A DNA stretch of 56,869 nt from a virus. Lineage: Duplodnaviria > Caudoviricetes. The translations under genes and the position numbers were made by a program. Positions 1-9,634 of this stretch are shown one piece after another. The notes beneath the pieces are model-generated. The model ran no database searches. It was not told where the DNA came from and saw only the letters and a program-made list of their open reading frames with translations. The stretch spans positions 1 through 56,869 of IMG/VR virus record IMGVR_UViG_3300030389_001641. One strand, 5' to 3'. Numbering within the stretch: position 1 is the first letter of the stretch; every line of letters begins with the position of its first letter.

Positions 1-55
1 CAGAGGTGGCGTTGATCGTTATATCATTTTTAGCACTAAAGCCAAGATAAGGCAT
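1..55 (-). CDS. 5' part of a tail-fibre-like gene running off the left edge (MPYLGFSAKNDITINATS...)
   Basis: ATG at 55 overlaps the TAA of the upstream gene (TAATG coupling); MPYLG start as in fibre 54142..56055; joins in frame with the open ORF at the right edge. Confidence 0.7.
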   Translation of the reverse strand, partial: MPYLGFSAKNDITINATS

Positions 56-402
56 TATGTGATCTCCATAATAGACAAGCACACATCTGTTGCACCTGTA
101 CCTGTTACACTTAATGTATCTGTGGTTTCCATGACAACTTTGTTTCCTGCAAGTAATTCTAAAGAGGATTGAGCAGGAATCGGAACACTTGTTATTAACT
201 CAACATCTTGATTAGCTTCATCATTATTACCTGCCCTAGCACTTGTATCACTGCTTAGTGTTACAGTTGCATTAATCTGACTTGCTGTTGTATTTCCTAA
301 CACCAGACCTAATATCACAGTGGTTGTGTTACTATCAACAGTGTATATCACATCTGCCGATGTAACCCCTGCTTTTGTTATTACTTTAAATGTGTTTGCC
401 AT
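55..402 (-). CDS. small beta-rich virion/tail protein
   Basis: 115 aa, T/S/V-rich, tightly packed in the tail operon. Confidence 0.6.
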   Translation of the reverse strand: MANTFKVITKAGVTSADVIYTVDSNTTTVILGLVLGNTTASQINATVTLSSDTSARAGNNDEANQDVELITSVPIPAQSSLELLAGNKVVMETTDTLSVTGTGATDVCLSIMEIT

Positions 403-405
403 ATC

Positions 406-2838
406 TTATCCTAATGCTATTGCTAATGCTGTAACATCATCTAATGAAGCAGAGGTTCCCACTTTGGTTGTTACAAATGCTGTTGTTGCTATTTTTGTTG
501 AATTATCTGAAGAGCTTTGTGTAGGTGCTGTTGGATTACCTGTTAAATCTGGAGAAGCAAGTGGAGCTTTTGCATTTAATTGTGTTTGAATTGCAGAGGT
601 AACTCCATCAACATGATTTATTTCAGCCGTTGTAGCAGTAACTCCATCAAGTATATTTAATTCAGCAGCTGTAGCACTAACTGCGGTGGATCCAATAGTT
701 ATACTAGAGGCAGTTAAAGCACCTATAATTAAATTAGCAGCTGCATATCCAGTAGCACTTGTATTTACTGTTGTAGATGGTTCTGTTTGAGTATCACAAA
801 ATAATCTAAAAGTATTGTCAGTTGAGGCATCATAAAAAATACCAGCATATTTTGTTGTGCTTGATTCTACGTATTTACCTGCTAAACCAAAATCTGTGTT
901 ATTGGCACTATTGTTATTAGATAATATATTAAAGTTATCATTTGTGGTCACAGCACCTGTTTGTGTGGTTGTACCAGATACAGTTAAGTTTCCTGTAACT
1001 GTAAGATTATTACTTACTGTAACATCGTTAGGTAAACCAATTGTTATCGTTCCAGAACTCTCTGCAACATCAACTTCATTACTCGTTCCAGAAAATGTTA
1101 TTGTTCCACCTAACGCAGTAGCAGTTGTATTAGAACCATCTGATACTGTAATTGAACTATTAGCTAGTTTAGAATTAGCGATAGAACCTGCTAACATAGA
1201 ATTTTCTACTGAACCACTTGCTATTGTCAAAGCTCCATTTGAAGCTATGGTTGCATCACCACTTACTTTACTGAAAACGTAAGTTGGTACTCTTGATATA
1301 GCAGCTTTTCTTTCTGTTCCATTAGCACCATCGTCTACTATAATTAAATCTGCGTCTTCTAAATCTGCACCTATGTCCGTAGCACCATCTATATCTAGTG
1401 CGCCTATATCTACTTTATCTGCTGTAGATATTGTACTTAATTTAGAATCAGCTATTGAACCTGCTAATTGTGTATTACTAACACCACCAGATTTAATACT
1501 TACCGCACCAGAACTAACACTAAAATCAGCTGACGCAAAAGAAGCAACACCTTTACTACTCGTACTAGCGTCATCTCCAGCAACAGTAATTGTAGTACCA
1601 GTAGCAGAAGTGCTTATACCAGAACCACCTGACACTGTTAAAGTTTCAGAACCAAGCGCAACATCTATTGTTCCACTATCAGTGGTCGCATCTAAATCTT
1701 GTGAAGTAATGTCGGAAGTAAGTGCAATTGTTCCTGCAGTAGCAGGAAGTGTTAGGGTTATATTACCACTAAAATCTGAATGTGCAGGTGCTTGAAGTCT
1801 AGCTCTATGAGCATTAGATGATTCACAATAAAAGTCTACATAAGACTGAGTGCCACCATTTTTTATTGAAATTGCACCTTGTGATATACTTACACCACTA
1901 GCTCCACCAAAAGTTGCAGTGCCAGTAATAGCAGGACTTGCTATTGTTGTAGATGCACCACTAATCGTAGGACTTGTAAGTGTCTTATTTGTAAGAGTAT
2001 CTGTAGTTGTTTTACCTACTAAAGTGTCGGTTTTTGCAGGTAAAGTGATCGTAACATTACCACTAAAAGCTGAGTGAGCAGGAGCTTGTAGTTGAGCATA
2101 ATGTGCATTTGAAGATTCGCAATAAAACCTAACGTAAGATTGAACACCACCATTTTTAATGGATATAGCACCTTGAGAAATATCTACACCATTTGAACCA
2201 CCAATTTGAGCTGTACCGCTGATAGTAGGACTTGAAATTGTTGGTGTTGTTAGTGTTTTATTTGTAAATGTTTCTGTTAAGCTAGTTGTAGCTATCGTGC
2301 TTGTAGAGTTTGGTAACGTAATTGTAGGGTTACCAGAAAAGTTTGCATGAGCAGGTGCTTGTAATCTTGCGTAGTGTGCATTATTAGACTCACAATAAAA
2401 ATCTATATAGGATTGAACACCACCATTTTTAATTTTTATTGCACCTTGAGAAATTTGTATGCCATTAGTAGAACCTCCATTTACACCCAAAGCTCCTGTC
2501 AATTCTACATTACCACTACCATCAAGAAACACAGATTTCTCTGCAGGATACGTCATAAACACTTGTTTAGTGCCTGTACCTAAATTTACCGCACTACCGG
2601 AGTTGGAGCTTTCTAATATAGTGGTTCTAGTGAGAGTAGTTCCACTTGATGCAAAGGTTCCTAATCCAACTTCAAATTCATTATTAGTATCGTCAATAAT
2701 AGCATAGTAAGTGGTATCAGCATTAGAAAGAACAGAAGTAAAAGTTTGAAAGTTACTAACAGCACCAGCAAGAGTTATTGCTCCTGTACCCGTTGTTGTC
2801 GTAGTTTCCTTTACTCTATCTTTTAAAACTAAGGCCAT
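406..2838 (-). CDS. tail fibre protein with three internal repeats
   Basis: 810 aa, G/S/T-rich; MALVLKDRVKETTTTTGTG N-terminus; TLTNKTLTSP and APLASPDLTGNPTAPT...STKIATTAFV fibre motifs. Confidence 0.8.
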   Translation of the reverse strand: MALVLKDRVKETTTTTGTGAITLAGAVSNFQTFTSVLSNADTTYYAIIDDTNNEFEVGLGTFASSGTTLTRTTILESSNSGSAVNLGTGTKQVFMTYPAEKSVFLDGSGNVELTGALGVNGGSTNGIQISQGAIKIKNGGVQSYIDFYCESNNAHYARLQAPAHANFSGNPTITLPNSTSTIATTSLTETFTNKTLTTPTISSPTISGTAQIGGSNGVDISQGAISIKNGGVQSYVRFYCESSNAHYAQLQAPAHSAFSGNVTITLPAKTDTLVGKTTTDTLTNKTLTSPTISGASTTIASPAITGTATFGGASGVSISQGAISIKNGGTQSYVDFYCESSNAHRARLQAPAHSDFSGNITLTLPATAGTIALTSDITSQDLDATTDSGTIDVALGSETLTVSGGSGISTSATGTTITVAGDDASTSSKGVASFASADFSVSSGAVSIKSGGVSNTQLAGSIADSKLSTISTADKVDIGALDIDGATDIGADLEDADLIIVDDGANGTERKAAISRVPTYVFSKVSGDATIASNGALTIASGSVENSMLAGSIANSKLANSSITVSDGSNTTATALGGTITFSGTSNEVDVAESSGTITIGLPNDVTVSNNLTVTGNLTVSGTTTQTGAVTTNDNFNILSNNNSANNTDFGLAGKYVESSTTKYAGIFYDASTDNTFRLFCDTQTEPSTTVNTSATGYAAANLIIGALTASSITIGSTAVSATAAELNILDGVTATTAEINHVDGVTSAIQTQLNAKAPLASPDLTGNPTAPTQSSSDNSTKIATTAFVTTKVGTSASLDDVTALAIALG
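1740..2480 (-). repeat. three imperfect ~50-aa repeats (ISQGAIxIKNGGxQSYxxFYCESxNAHxAxLQAPAHxxFSGNxTxTLP) about 300 nt apart
   Basis: Seen directly in the 406..2838 translation; boundaries approximate. Confidence 0.85.
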
Positions 2839-3275
2839 TACGCAATCCTTATGATCGCATTACTCGCATCTGCTGTTGGAAAAACAATCGTAAAATCACC
2901 GCTATTAGCCGATTTGTTTGCACCAAAATCTAATATAGCAACTGCAGGATCACCAGAAGCAGTGTCATTAAATATCAAAGCTCCTCTTACGTTAGATATG
3001 GTAACACTTGAAAAGGTTTCGTCAGCAAAATCAACAATAGCCGTTGTTCCACTTGAAGTTGGAGTCACTGGATTAAGTGCTTGACCTTTAGCAGTGTAAT
3101 TAGTTCCACTTATTTCATTACTAGTAGTGTAGGCCGTAGTTGAAGCAGTAAAACTAGCGTTATTATCATATAAAGCTATGTTAAAGGTATTACCACCAGA
3201 AGAACTAAAATTATGAACTCCTTTTAACAATTCTACTTTAAAAGATGTGCATAAAAAATTTCCAGAAAAAGCCAT
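2838..3275 (-). CDS. virion structural/tail protein
   Basis: 145 aa; CTSFKVELL...HNF and F..ADASNAIIRIA pattern typical of phage tail-region proteins; coupled to neighbours. Confidence 0.65.
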   Translation of the reverse strand: MAFSGNFLCTSFKVELLKGVHNFSSSGGNTFNIALYDNNASFTASTTAYTTSNEISGTNYTAKGQALNPVTPTSSGTTAIVDFADETFSSVTISNVRGALIFNDTASGDPAVAILDFGANKSANSGDFTIVFPTADASNAIIRIA

Positions 3276-3568
3276 TATAATCTCCTTATATACTCTGCCA
3301 ATTTTATATTACCAGAATCTTTAATAGCATTATATACAGTAGTTCTATCACTTTTAATAGCCTCTTTCATATAATGAGCAATTACTTTTTCTAAACTATT
3401 TTTATATTCTCTAGCTTGTTCTTGAATCGCAGGATGTGCTGAATCAGATATAGATATAATTTTGTCTACACATCTTTTTGCTACCTCCTCTGGTGTAAAT
3501 CCCCTATTGTCTATTGTTTTAATACCAACAGAAAAATCTTTCGACATATTCAAAGCATCTGTAATCAT
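3275..3568 (-). CDS. hypothetical protein
   Basis: 97 aa ORF with overlapping start/stop codons on both sides. Confidence 0.65.
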   Translation of the reverse strand: MITDALNMSKDFSVGIKTIDNRGFTPEEVAKRCVDKIISISDSAHPAIQEQAREYKNSLEKVIAHYMKEAIKSDRTTVYNAIKDSGNIKLAEYIRRL

Positions 3569-4212
3569 GTTTTTTGCCTTCTAATTAAACCAGTTCTATA
3601 GGTATCAGAAACTTCATTAGCTTCACCAAGACTTTTTACTCTCGATAACGCTTCAGTAAACTTAGAATTATACGCACTAAGAACATCTTGTTCACCTTTC
3701 ATGTATATATAGGCTTCAACTAAAGAACCATACAAAAGAGCCACTTCTGCATTTTCACTAATCCAAGTAGTGCCACTATCCGCTCCTGCAGTTAAACTTG
3801 CGGGTCGATAAAAGTAACTTAACGTTGTTGTAAAATTAGCATTTGGAGTTGGAGCTAGTATAAAGTTATCTACATCAAATTGAGCATAATATTTAGGAAC
3901 ACCTGTAGTAGAAGAGTCTGGTGTATACGTTTGAATAAAATCTAAATCTTTAAACAACAAAAATTCTATATTACTGCTGTTTGTTATACTCAAAGAATAA
4001 GGTGCTATAAAATCAGTAGGACAAGCAAGAAATCTATTTCCAGAAGACATTGAACCCGCAGCATTTTTCCTAAAATAATTTAGTTGTACAGACTTAAATA
4101 TTCTTTCTTCTGCTAATCTTATAAAATTATTAAGATTAGAAACAAAATTGGTTTCATCATTTTGTGTATAGTCTTGTATAGCTGATTTTAAAGTAGCAAG
4201 AGTAAAGCTCAT
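3565..4212 (-). CDS. head-tail adaptor / tail tubular protein A-like
   Basis: 215 aa; helical N-terminus (FIRLAEERI), GVPKYY..LAPTP core, LLYGSLVEA C-terminal helix. Confidence 0.7.
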   Translation of the reverse strand: MSFTLATLKSAIQDYTQNDETNFVSNLNNFIRLAEERIFKSVQLNYFRKNAAGSMSSGNRFLACPTDFIAPYSLSITNSSNIEFLLFKDLDFIQTYTPDSSTTGVPKYYAQFDVDNFILAPTPNANFTTTLSYFYRPASLTAGADSGTTWISENAEVALLYGSLVEAYIYMKGEQDVLSAYNSKFTEALSRVKSLGEANEVSDTYRTGLIRRQKT

Positions 4213-4514
4213 GATGTTGTCACCGTAACTTCCCCTACTTTAGAAATACCTCGTATTAAAGTAGCATTAGGAGTTTCCACTGTGTCTTTATTTACAAAAA
4301 CTTTAAGTGTCTCCCTAGTGTCTGGTCTCGGTTCTCGTAAAGATTCTGGATCAGCAGGTTGTTTTTTTGGATGAAGTTGAGGATGTTTTTCTTCAAATTC
4401 ATCTGGACCTACAATCAAACCATTCCATTCCTTCTTCATATCTCTTAATCTGTACCTAAATCCAGATCTATCTGATATACCAAAAGCATTTTTATTAGAA
4501 GCATATCGTGTCAT
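4209..4514 (-). CDS. conserved phage hypothetical protein
   Basis: 101 aa; SDRSGFRY...EWNGL.V...E.KHPQL motif; coupled. Confidence 0.65.
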   Translation of the reverse strand: MTRYASNKNAFGISDRSGFRYRLRDMKKEWNGLIVGPDEFEEKHPQLHPKKQPADPESLREPRPDTRETLKVFVNKDTVETPNATLIRGISKVGEVTVTTS

Positions 4515-5179
4515 TATAACCTCAAATACTGCATATCAGGTTGTAGTTTTAAAGAAACTCGATCATCATCCTCTGCTGCGGCTCTTTGAAACTCTTCTTC
4601 ATATACTGTTTTCAATAACTGAACTCTTTCTGGAGATCGTTTCATTGAAATATAATAAGCCAAACCTGCGACTAAACAAGGGTAAAAACGAAAAGGTAAA
4701 TCTAATGTGTTTACTTGTGCATCCGCATCATCCATTCTGGTAATAGCATCATAAATAATTGTGTCTGTACTATTTTCTGGAATAGGCCATATTTTTAAAT
4801 TAGGTGTTAACTGTCTATCTAAAAAATATTGTGTGGGTCTTCCTTGTGTTGTTTTAGTAGGAATGGCTAAAAAAGCATCTCTACTTATCCTTTGCATGGT
4901 TAAATCTGTACCACTTCTTCTTACAACAGCAGATAGCACATCAATAACATCTGTACCCAAATCATATTCACCATCAGCCAAAGTTAGACTTAACGTTCTT
5001 TGTTTGATTGTCCATTGATTTAAACCTCTGTTCGCCCATTCTGCTAATAAAAGATTTAAAGATCTTTTGGCACTTTTTAAATCATACCCTGTACGAACCT
5101 CTATACCACAACGTTCATAAGCTTCTTCGATATATTCTGCTACATCTAATTCAAAATCTTTGCTTCCAGAAACTGCCAT
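4514..5179 (-). CDS. second adaptor / tail tubular protein A-like
   Basis: 221 aa; IEEAYERCG, GRPTQY, IWPIP, CLVAGLAYY motifs; same architecture as 3565..4212. Confidence 0.7.
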   Translation of the reverse strand: MAVSGSKDFELDVAEYIEEAYERCGIEVRTGYDLKSAKRSLNLLLAEWANRGLNQWTIKQRTLSLTLADGEYDLGTDVIDVLSAVVRRSGTDLTMQRISRDAFLAIPTKTTQGRPTQYFLDRQLTPNLKIWPIPENSTDTIIYDAITRMDDADAQVNTLDLPFRFYPCLVAGLAYYISMKRSPERVQLLKTVYEEEFQRAAAEDDDRVSLKLQPDMQYLRL

Positions 5180-5271
5180 TACTTACCAGCTTTCTTTTTT
5201 ACCTTCTTCTTTTTCTTCTTTAAAGGAGGTTTTGATATTTGTTTCTTCATCTGTAATCTTGAAATCACCAT
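5179..5271 (-). CDS. 30-aa lysine-rich peptide overlapping 5183..5455 (MVISRLQMKKQISKPPLKKKKKKVKKKAGK)
   Basis: Translated by hand; its TAA overlaps the ATG of 4514..5179; absent from the ORF track. Confidence 0.6.
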   Translation of the reverse strand: MVISRLQMKKQISKPPLKKKKKKVKKKAGK

Positions 5272-5455
5272 AAGAGTTTTTCCTTTGTATAAAATCTTCC
5301 CACAGAGGTGTTAGCATTTCATGGTTTGCGCTTACTTGGACAGCCATAACTTCTGTTCTTTTATCTACAGAAATTAAAGTTGCGACTATCCAAGCAATCG
5401 CACCAAAACTACACGATATTGTTACACCTACAATAATCTCTTTTGTCATGATCAA
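5183..5455 (-). CDS. small protein with N-terminal TM helix
   Basis: IIVGVTISCSFGAIAWIVATLISV hydrophobic stretch; ATGA overlap with the upstream gene. Confidence 0.55.
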   Translation of the reverse strand: MIMTKEIIVGVTISCSFGAIAWIVATLISVDKRTEVMAVQVSANHEMLTPLWEDFIQRKNSYGDFKITDEETNIKTSFKEEKEEGKKESW

Positions 5456-5853
5456 TAGTTCTTACGCATGGCTAAGATAACAGTGTATGTATCTGTATTA
5501 TCGTGACCAACTGTTGTAAACTGAATATCTCCAGTTTTACCACTACCAGCATTATTTGGTAATCCACCAAAACTTCTATAATCGTGGTGTCCACTTTGAT
5601 TTTCACCAAGTTGTATAGCTAAAACGTCAGAAGTAGCATCAAAAAAGATACTTACTTTCATTCCAGTACACTGCCACCAGATTTGTTGAATAGAAACTCC
5701 AGTACAAGTTGCTCCATCCGTGCCTTTTGATAATGCACTAACATCAACTTTAGTAACGGCACTCTCTCCAGTGCCATCACTGATATTAGTAAATTTCATC
5801 ACGACTTCTTTGGGACCATCTAGGATTGTTTGACTTGCAACTGCATCAGCCAT
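5452..5853 (-). CDS. virion structural protein
   Basis: 133 aa; AGGAG RBS; beta-rich; downstream of the capsid gene. Confidence 0.65.
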   Translation of the reverse strand: MADAVASQTILDGPKEVVMKFTNISDGTGESAVTKVDVSALSKGTDGATCTGVSIQQIWWQCTGMKVSIFFDATSDVLAIQLGENQSGHHDYRSFGGLPNNAGSGKTGDIQFTTVGHDNTDTYTVILAMRKNY

Positions 5854-5869
5854 ATTTTTCTCCTATTAA

Positions 5870-6496
5870 TTAAGCTTCATACCCAAAAAGTTCTATGAGT
5901 AACTTTCCTGCTGTGTAATCGGCATTTGTTGTAGCACCAAGAGTTAGGTATAAAAACTCATCTGCTGCTGGTACGGCTGAAAATGTAACAACAGTACCTA
6001 GTGCAAGATCTCCTGAGTTTACTAGTAGAGTTTCTGTTAAATCAGAAATCGCTCCATCTTCAACACCAGTTCCCTCTGTAGCAGAGTGTACGTTGATATC
6101 TGGATCACCACCCGTAGGAGCTTCAAAACAAGTCATTCTACCCGCAAGTATTGTACCATTTCTAGCTGCCGTAATCTGTCCTATGTGACATACGTTAGAT
6201 GTTCCATCTACACCGATAATATCACCATTTGCTGTTGATCTAAGACCTGTTAAATCAATAAGAATACTAGTCTTGATGATACCACCTTCTCTAATTACAG
6301 AGCTTCTGTAAATGGTTCCAGTTCCACCAGTAATACCAGTTCCAGCTTCAGTAGCCATTGTGTTAGCATCTAAAGAAGTAAATCCCGCAGAGCTAATAGA
6401 CATTTGTGTGGTTTCAGTACCCGTTGATGCTGCTGTAGCTATTGAACTATAACCACCTTCAGAACGTAAAGTACCTTTAAAAGTTGTATTTGCCAT
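5870..6496 (-). CDS. head fibre/decoration-like structural protein
   Basis: 208 aa; MANTTF.G..RS start, T/G-rich; AGGAG RBS; follows MCP. Confidence 0.6.
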   Translation of the reverse strand: MANTTFKGTLRSEGGYSSIATAASTGTETTQMSISSAGFTSLDANTMATEAGTGITGGTGTIYRSSVIREGGIIKTSILIDLTGLRSTANGDIIGVDGTSNVCHIGQITAARNGTILAGRMTCFEAPTGGDPDINVHSATEGTGVEDGAISDLTETLLVNSGDLALGTVVTFSAVPAADEFLYLTLGATTNADYTAGKLLIELFGYEA

Positions 6497-6505
6497 TTAT
6501 TTTCT

Positions 6506-6544
6506 CCTGTCTTTAAACGTCAGTTACACAGTGTAACTGTCAGG
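6506..6544 (-). promoter_or_regulatory. 19-bp palindrome CAGTTACAC-A-GTGTAACTG flanked by CCTG/CAGG; may sequester the RBS of 5870..6496
   Basis: Perfect inverted repeat 6521-6529/6531-6539; the outer CCUG can pair with the CAGG of the AGGAG RBS. Confidence 0.5.
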
Positions 6545-6568
6545 CATTAACAGTATAGGATAGTTTCT

Positions 6569-6600
6569 AAAAAAAATAAAGGGGCGATTATTCGCCCCTT
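6569..6600 (-). terminator. Rho-independent terminator after the major capsid gene
   Basis: AAGGGGCGA-4 nt-TCGCCCCTT hairpin followed by TATTTTTTTT on the minus strand. Confidence 0.85.
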
Positions 6601-6636
6601 AAAGTTGGAGGCGATTATTCGCCCCTTGGAGTTGGA
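6583..6636. repeat. 27-nt tandem duplication of the terminator region
   Basis: ggcgattattcgccccttaaagttgga / ggcgattattcgccccttggagttgga. Confidence 0.9.
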
Positions 6637-6656
6637 GGTAAATTATGAATTACTAA

Positions 6657-7568
6657 TTATGCCCCAGGTGAACCGAAAACACAACGAGGATCTGAAAAAC
6701 CAAATGAATATCTTTCTCTGGCTTTATATCTCATATTTCCAGTATCAAAATCTGCTTCCATTTGTGTAGCTAATGGAACTCTTTCAAAATGAATAAAACC
6801 TCTTGGAGTATCTGTCATAATGAAAAAAGCATCAGTATCTGTTAAAAAGTCATTAACAGCATAACCTTCAGCTAACATACCCATGTTTTGATGTGCGTTA
6901 ACATCATTATCAGCAGTTCCAGGACGTAGAGAAGACTTCATCAATCTTTCCGCAACAAATTGTAATTGTCTTGGAATAACAAGTTTCATACCACGTAATG
7001 CAACAATCATACCACGTTCATCAACAAAACCTGCGATATTAATCAAAGCATCTTCGAGAGATGTTTCGTTAAGATCAGCAGCAGTAGTTGGTTCATTGGC
7101 AAATGTTCCACCATTTGTTAATGGATGATCGGTAGCACATAAAGCTTTACCGTCACCACCAGCAGAAGCACCACCAGTAAAAGCATTATTTAAAATTGCT
7201 GCTGCTTTAACTTGTTTTGTATGTGCCATGGAACGAGCTAATGCTCTTGTGTATCTTGAAGATAGTCTATCATAAAGATTATCTTCCACTGCTTCTTCTG
7301 TAATAGAGAAAGCAAGTGCGATAGTCTCATGATTATATCTTGCTGTAAATGCTTCACTAGCATCGTCAAAAGATACAGCAGAACCTTCAGATTTGGTCGG
7401 TGCTGCTCCAAAACCAGAAAGCATTACTTCTTCTTCAAAGGAACGATCCGATGTTTCAGTAGTAAAAATCTCTGAGTGTTGATTTTCATACCTAGCGTAC
7501 TCCATGCCAAACAAGGCATTAAGACCAGGCTCTAGTTCTTTAGCTAATTGCGCTCTTGATATAGCCAT
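6657..7568 (-). CDS. major capsid protein (HK97 fold, Mu gpT-like family)
   Basis: 303 aa; MAISRAQLAKELEPGLNALFG...YKARERYSFGFSDPR signature; AGGAG RBS; followed by a terminator. Confidence 0.9.
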   Translation of the reverse strand: MAISRAQLAKELEPGLNALFGMEYARYENQHSEIFTTETSDRSFEEEVMLSGFGAAPTKSEGSAVSFDDASEAFTARYNHETIALAFSITEEAVEDNLYDRLSSRYTRALARSMAHTKQVKAAAILNNAFTGGASAGGDGKALCATDHPLTNGGTFANEPTTAADLNETSLEDALINIAGFVDERGMIVALRGMKLVIPRQLQFVAERLMKSSLRPGTADNDVNAHQNMGMLAEGYAVNDFLTDTDAFFIMTDTPRGFIHFERVPLATQMEADFDTGNMRYKARERYSFGFSDPRCVFGSPGA

Positions 7569-7579
7569 TATTAAGTCTC

Positions 7580-8224
7580 CTATACGCCAGTCGTAGAAAC
7601 AGTGCCTTGTGCAATACTTCCGTTAGGAGCATTGAAATGGTTGTTTATACGAACAATTAAAGGGATACCAGCAACAGTAAAATCAGAATTATCAGGATCA
7701 TCTTGAATACCCATAATTCTGAGAGCATGAGTGTTGGTGGTTGCTATGGTATTTAAATCTGCTGTTGCAGAAGAAATACCAGTTGTAGTAGATCCACTAT
7801 TTCCAGTAGCCATTTGTATATTTGCAAAAACAGCAGCTCTAATTTCAGCTTCTGTGTTAGCAGCTGAAACTACATTAGAGGTTGCAATTGTAAATAACTG
7901 CATCGGATCATCGTGCAGAAAAGCTCTCACAGGAAAGTTCGAGTCTGCACCAGAACCTGGCCAGAAATTTGAAAATACTGTTTCTCCAGTGGTTGACGAA
8001 ACATACTCACAACCATTGAAAACTCCGACAATAGAAACTGTTCCACCAGCTGCTGCTTGTAGATCATCTATAAATCCAGTAGCCAGAGGTATGACAGCCA
8101 TACCTTGAAAAATAGGATTAGAGTTATCAGAGGCTATGCGATATTCGGTCAAACCATTAGAGTTGGTGCTTTGACCAATTTTTCCAATCGGTCTTAAACC
8201 GAAGGCTCCATTAGAATTTGCCAT
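7580..8224 (-). CDS. capsid decoration/cement-like protein
   Basis: 214 aa; MAN...FGLRP, GVFNGCEY motifs; immediately upstream of MCP. Confidence 0.65.
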   Translation of the reverse strand: MANSNGAFGLRPIGKIGQSTNSNGLTEYRIASDNSNPIFQGMAVIPLATGFIDDLQAAAGGTVSIVGVFNGCEYVSSTTGETVFSNFWPGSGADSNFPVRAFLHDDPMQLFTIATSNVVSAANTEAEIRAAVFANIQMATGNSGSTTTGISSATADLNTIATTNTHALRIMGIQDDPDNSDFTVAGIPLIVRINNHFNAPNGSIAQGTVSTTGV

Positions 8225-8249
8225 TTTTATCTCCTATAGCAAAATGAAT

Positions 8250-8708
8250 TTATTCGGAGTCACCTTTGCGACCTCCGAAGGTTACACGACTTTGCCGACT
8301 ATTTTCAATCGGCATTGAAGGATGTTGCTCCTTCATTAAGTCCTGATCTACAGCTTTCATCTGTTCTCGGGTCCGACCCCGGTAATATTCGGTTCGCTCT
8401 TCTGCTGTCTCTTCAGGTATTCTAGCGAGCATTAGGCCCCCATTTCCTATTACTCCTGCGTGTTTGCCATCTTCAATGGTAGCAAAATCATTAGTATCAT
8501 ATTCGTCACTACGAACAGCTTCCCAACCTTCACGTAATTTTGTGTGAACATTTATGGAATCGTCTTCGCCTCTAACGGATGTTCTTATCCAACGATGTTT
8601 ATACCCTTCTTTGGCTACAGGAGCAGCTAATCTGCTTGGAGGGGCCCAAGGTTTTCTTCTAGTAGTTTTTTCACGACTTTGTGATGACCGTTCTGTTCTA
8701 TCTGCCAT
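8250..8708 (-). CDS. conserved head-module hypothetical protein
   Basis: Likely start MADRTER after GAGG; W.PPS.L, YKHRWIR, LREGWE motifs. Confidence 0.65.
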   Translation of the reverse strand: MADRTERSSQSREKTTRRKPWAPPSRLAAPVAKEGYKHRWIRTSVRGEDDSINVHTKLREGWEAVRSDEYDTNDFATIEDGKHAGVIGNGGLMLARIPEETAEERTEYYRGRTREQMKAVDQDLMKEQHPSMPIENSRQSRVTFGGRKGDSE

Positions 8709-8716
8709 AATAATCC

Positions 8717-9625
8717 TCAATCTTTGACATATTTTGCATATTCTTCAAGAGGAACACCAAGTTTCTTCGCAATAGCAATTTGCGAAGGAGATAGCTTGAC
8801 GGTCCTGCGCCCGGTATTTTTTGTGCGGGATGCGGAAGTATCAGCCGATGCGACTCTGGTGCTTCCCCCGTTTTTAGGAACTGAGTTCTTAAACTTGTGT
8901 GGGAACTCTGCTCTCATTCTTGAATCAATCTCATTATAGTACTCATCGCTCTTTGCGTCAAACCCTTCTTCTTCGGTTAATTTTCTGTGAAGACCGAAGG
9001 CCGCATAAGTCATGATTTCATCTTGACCAAACCATTCATTTTTTTCAGCCCAATTTTTGGCTTTTTCATCTGGTTGAGGTTGAGGTTGAGGTTGAGATTG
9101 TTGTGGCTGTTGTTGTGGTGCTTTTTGCACCTCAACTTTGTTCTGTTCTTGTCTTTGTTTAGCTAATCTGTAACGTTCTTGTTCAACAGTTATTTTAGCT
9201 AAAGCTTGTTGTGCTTCAAATTCCTTCTCTGAATCACCAGCATCTCTGGCTTCTTTAAATAATTGTTTAGCAGAAGAAAGCTGAGATTCTAATCTAGTTC
9301 CATATTCATTAAGATAGCCTGTATCTAAATTAGCTAATCTCTTCTTCAAATCATCATTTTCTGCCTTTACAGTAGCAGCGAAACGTGTAGCTTCTTCTCT
9401 TTCTCTCTCTTCATTACGATATTTTTCTGTAAGAGTTTTTATTCGTTTTTGAACTCTCTTACTATAATCATCTAACTCTTCTTCTTTATCTTCTGGTTTC
9501 TCTTCTGAAACCACCACTTCAGGCGCAGAGGTAGCATTATCTTTTGTATTTGAATCCACAGAAGGATTCTCCTCAACTTTAATTTCAACCTCTTGTTCCT
9601 CTTCAACTTCTACTTTTTGTTCCAT
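8717..9625 (-). CDS. capsid scaffolding protein
   Basis: 302 aa acidic coiled coil; C-terminal VKLSPSQIAIAKKLGVPLEEYAK helix; position before capsid genes. Confidence 0.75.
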   Translation of the reverse strand: MEQKVEVEEEQEVEIKVEENPSVDSNTKDNATSAPEVVVSEEKPEDKEEELDDYSKRVQKRIKTLTEKYRNEEREREEATRFAATVKAENDDLKKRLANLDTGYLNEYGTRLESQLSSAKQLFKEARDAGDSEKEFEAQQALAKITVEQERYRLAKQRQEQNKVEVQKAPQQQPQQSQPQPQPQPDEKAKNWAEKNEWFGQDEIMTYAAFGLHRKLTEEEGFDAKSDEYYNEIDSRMRAEFPHKFKNSVPKNGGSTRVASADTSASRTKNTGRRTVKLSPSQIAIAKKLGVPLEEYAKYVKD

Positions 9626-9634
9626 AATATATCC

